Assembly (NCBI RefSeq): GCF_006345805.1
Contig: NC_043025.1
Span: forward strand, 13,826,001-13,890,000
Direction: 5' to 3'
Source: Octopus sinensis
Lineage: Eukaryota
DNA: 64,000 nt
Both the position numbers and the translations under genes were made by a program. The notes beneath the pieces were generated by a model. The model worked only from the letters and a program-made list of their open reading frames with translations, searched no databases and was not told the DNA's origin. Positions 61,781 through 64,000 of the stretch are shown piece by piece. Each line of letters begins with the position of its first letter. Position 1 is the stretch's first letter.

Positions 61781-62835
61781 ATATGTTTGTGTGTCTGTCA
61801 TTGTCCTCCCAACATTGCTTGACAACCGATGCTGGTGTGTTTACGTCCCCGTAACTTAGCAGTTCGGCAAAAATAGACCGATAGAATAAGTACTGGGCTT
61901 ACAAAGAATAAGTCCTGGGGTCGATTTGCTCGACTAAAGGCGGTGCTCCAGCACGGCCACAGTCAAATGAATGAAACAAGTAAAAGAGAGTTAAAGAGTA
62001 TATATATACATATATATATATACAGTGGCAGACTGGCCAGGTTACCAGATGGCAAGTGGGGCCCTGCACCACTCGAATCCATATTTGGGGGCCCAGTTAG
62101 TATCTAAGAGGCCCATCCCCTCAAGTCTGAGAATTTTTTATTCACTCCTGGAAGAATACATTAATTATTTCAGCCTGGCTGTGTTTGTAGACATTTGAAA
62201 AGAATTCTTATAAGAAAAAGGAAAAATTAAATGATAGCAGTTGCAGGAATATGCAAGTTGGACAGGTTAATAAATAAAGTATATTAAATACATGAAATAC
62301 AAAAAAATATATGTGTTTATATACAAACAGGTCCTACTTACAATGGATGGATGGATGGATAGATAGATGCACAGGGAGACAGAGAAGATAGATAAATAGA
62401 TAAACAGACAGACAGATGGGTAGATGGATAGATACGTACATAGATAGATAGATAGATAGATGGATGGATAGATAGATAGACAGACAGATAGATAGACAGA
62501 CAAACAGATGGATAGATAGACAGATAGATAGATAGATAGAAAGATAGACAGACAGATAGATAGACAGACAAACAGATGGATAGATAGACAGATAGATAGG
62601 TAGATAGATAGATGGATAGACAGTCAGACAGATGGGTAGACAGAAAGATAGACAGACAGACAGACAGATAGATAGACAGACAGACAAACAGATGGATAGA
62701 TAGACAGACAGATAGATGGATGGATGGATAGATAGATAGATAGGTAAGTATGACGGTGAAGAGACAGGGGGGGGTGATTGGATGTAGCAGGTAAGTAGAT
62801 TAAGAAGATAAAAACAAGACTTTCTTTTGCCTCAC

Positions 62836-63137
62836 CTGTGCGATAAAGCCAGAGCAAGTAATTCATGGATGAGCCACGGTTGCATGGAATAAGTGACGAT
62901 GGAAACCTTGATGGAGTTCGGTTCGTCCAGGGCTGCATCTATGAGCTGTAGCATGGCCGGTCTGATGTGTTCGAGGAGGTCCTCCACGCCGTCCGTCCAC
63001 ATCCCGCCCGTGTGGATCTCCAATAGAGTCTGGTCGAAGTCTATGGCCAACAGTAAGATCTTCTTGCGACGGAGCTCGGCTACGATGTCGTTCATGTTGG
63101 TCTTCGGCTTTTTCTTGGACAACCAAGAATTGGACAT
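62836..63137 (-). CDS. Exon 1 of a HAD-superfamily phosphatase-like protein (resembles the so-called p36-like HAD family)
   Basis: MSNSW...LLAIDFDQTLLEIHTGG (HAD motif I DxDxT) and VSIVTYS (motif II); ends at AG|GTGAG donor, phase 2. Confidence 0.88.
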
Positions 63138-63366
63138 GGTTTCCTGGTCTCACCCCAAAACACCACGAAAACTCTGTCGGCCCTCGATCCGTTAAATGCT
63201 GGCTTGGGTTAACTACGTTGAGGCCAAACAAAAGTGCGCAGCGCTTCAGCACTCCTCTTTCAGTTTCTGCTATATATATATATATATATATATTTTATAG
63301 GGTCGCGGTTCAAAGCATGGGTGTACAACACAGGGTAGTGGCCTTTCACGAATCTAAATGAACAAT

Positions 63367-63407
<41 letters not shown>

Positions 63408-64000
63408 ATGTGGTTTCTTATCAATAAATAAATATCAGAGGGGGCCACTACATTGATTTCCGTTGAGGGGGTACTTTAATACTACAAAACGACTGTGTAT
63501 ACACACAGATATATATATGGATAATTTAATCTTACTTGTTCAGTCCTGTAAGGCAGAGCACCGGATAATATGTCATATTATATATATGTGTATATATATG
63601 TATATATATATATATATATGTAAGCTTTTTTTTTGTAGTTGTTGTTCGGTTTTTCTTTCTTTTTTCGACGTTTTCTAAAGTTGAAAGTGACTTCGAAGTA
63701 TAAAGTTCCCGTCTTTACCGGTCTGATTTGTCAAAAAATGATCTTGGATTCTACATCACCAGATCCTTGTTTTGAATTTTCCTTCTTTTTTATTTTTAGT
63801 GTTAATATATGTTCTACAGGCATCCTAGAAATATATATATACATGTAATATATATATATATATTATATAGATATATATATATACGAGTCTATTTGGACAT
63901 GCGTGTATACACAACTACATATATATATATACACACATATATATGTATATATATATATATGTATGTATATATGTATAAAATGTTCCTTTTTGTCTCTTTG

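Overview
Eukaryotic, repeat-dense window with one 100-N gap (5785-5884). It is most consistent with an Octopus genome, inferred from the SINE families and the tandem C2H2 zinc-finger genes. Protein-coding content: (i) two head-to-head C2H2 zinc-finger genes (24835-25854 minus, 11 fingers; 34505-35443 plus, 10 fingers) plus a second, N-terminally truncated finger array (to 36501). All lie inside an ~18 kb imperfect inverted duplication (~22140-40210) centred near 29.6 kb, with a duplicated CpG-rich promoter and an inferred non-coding first exon. (ii) A two-exon HAD-superfamily phosphatase-like gene on the minus strand (63137-62836 joined to 53257-52987, 190 aa). The rest is SINEs of several families, CR1 and RTE LINE fragments, hAT and mariner fossils, piggyBac-type and other MITEs, a Helitron-type element, Penelope-like relics, and micro/minisatellites. 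The most notable signals are two canonical minimal hammerhead ribozyme motifs in direct repeat exactly 1440 bp apart (46.5 and 48.0 kb), a palindromic double hammerhead in the inferred ZNF intron (31.6 kb), a 119-bp promoter-region segment templated into the junction of the two finger arrays, and a ~4.9 kb satellite that has visibly expanded from a one-to-two-unit seed still present in paralogous copies. All family assignments come from motif recognition by eye, not database searches. SINE and other repeat boundaries are approximate.
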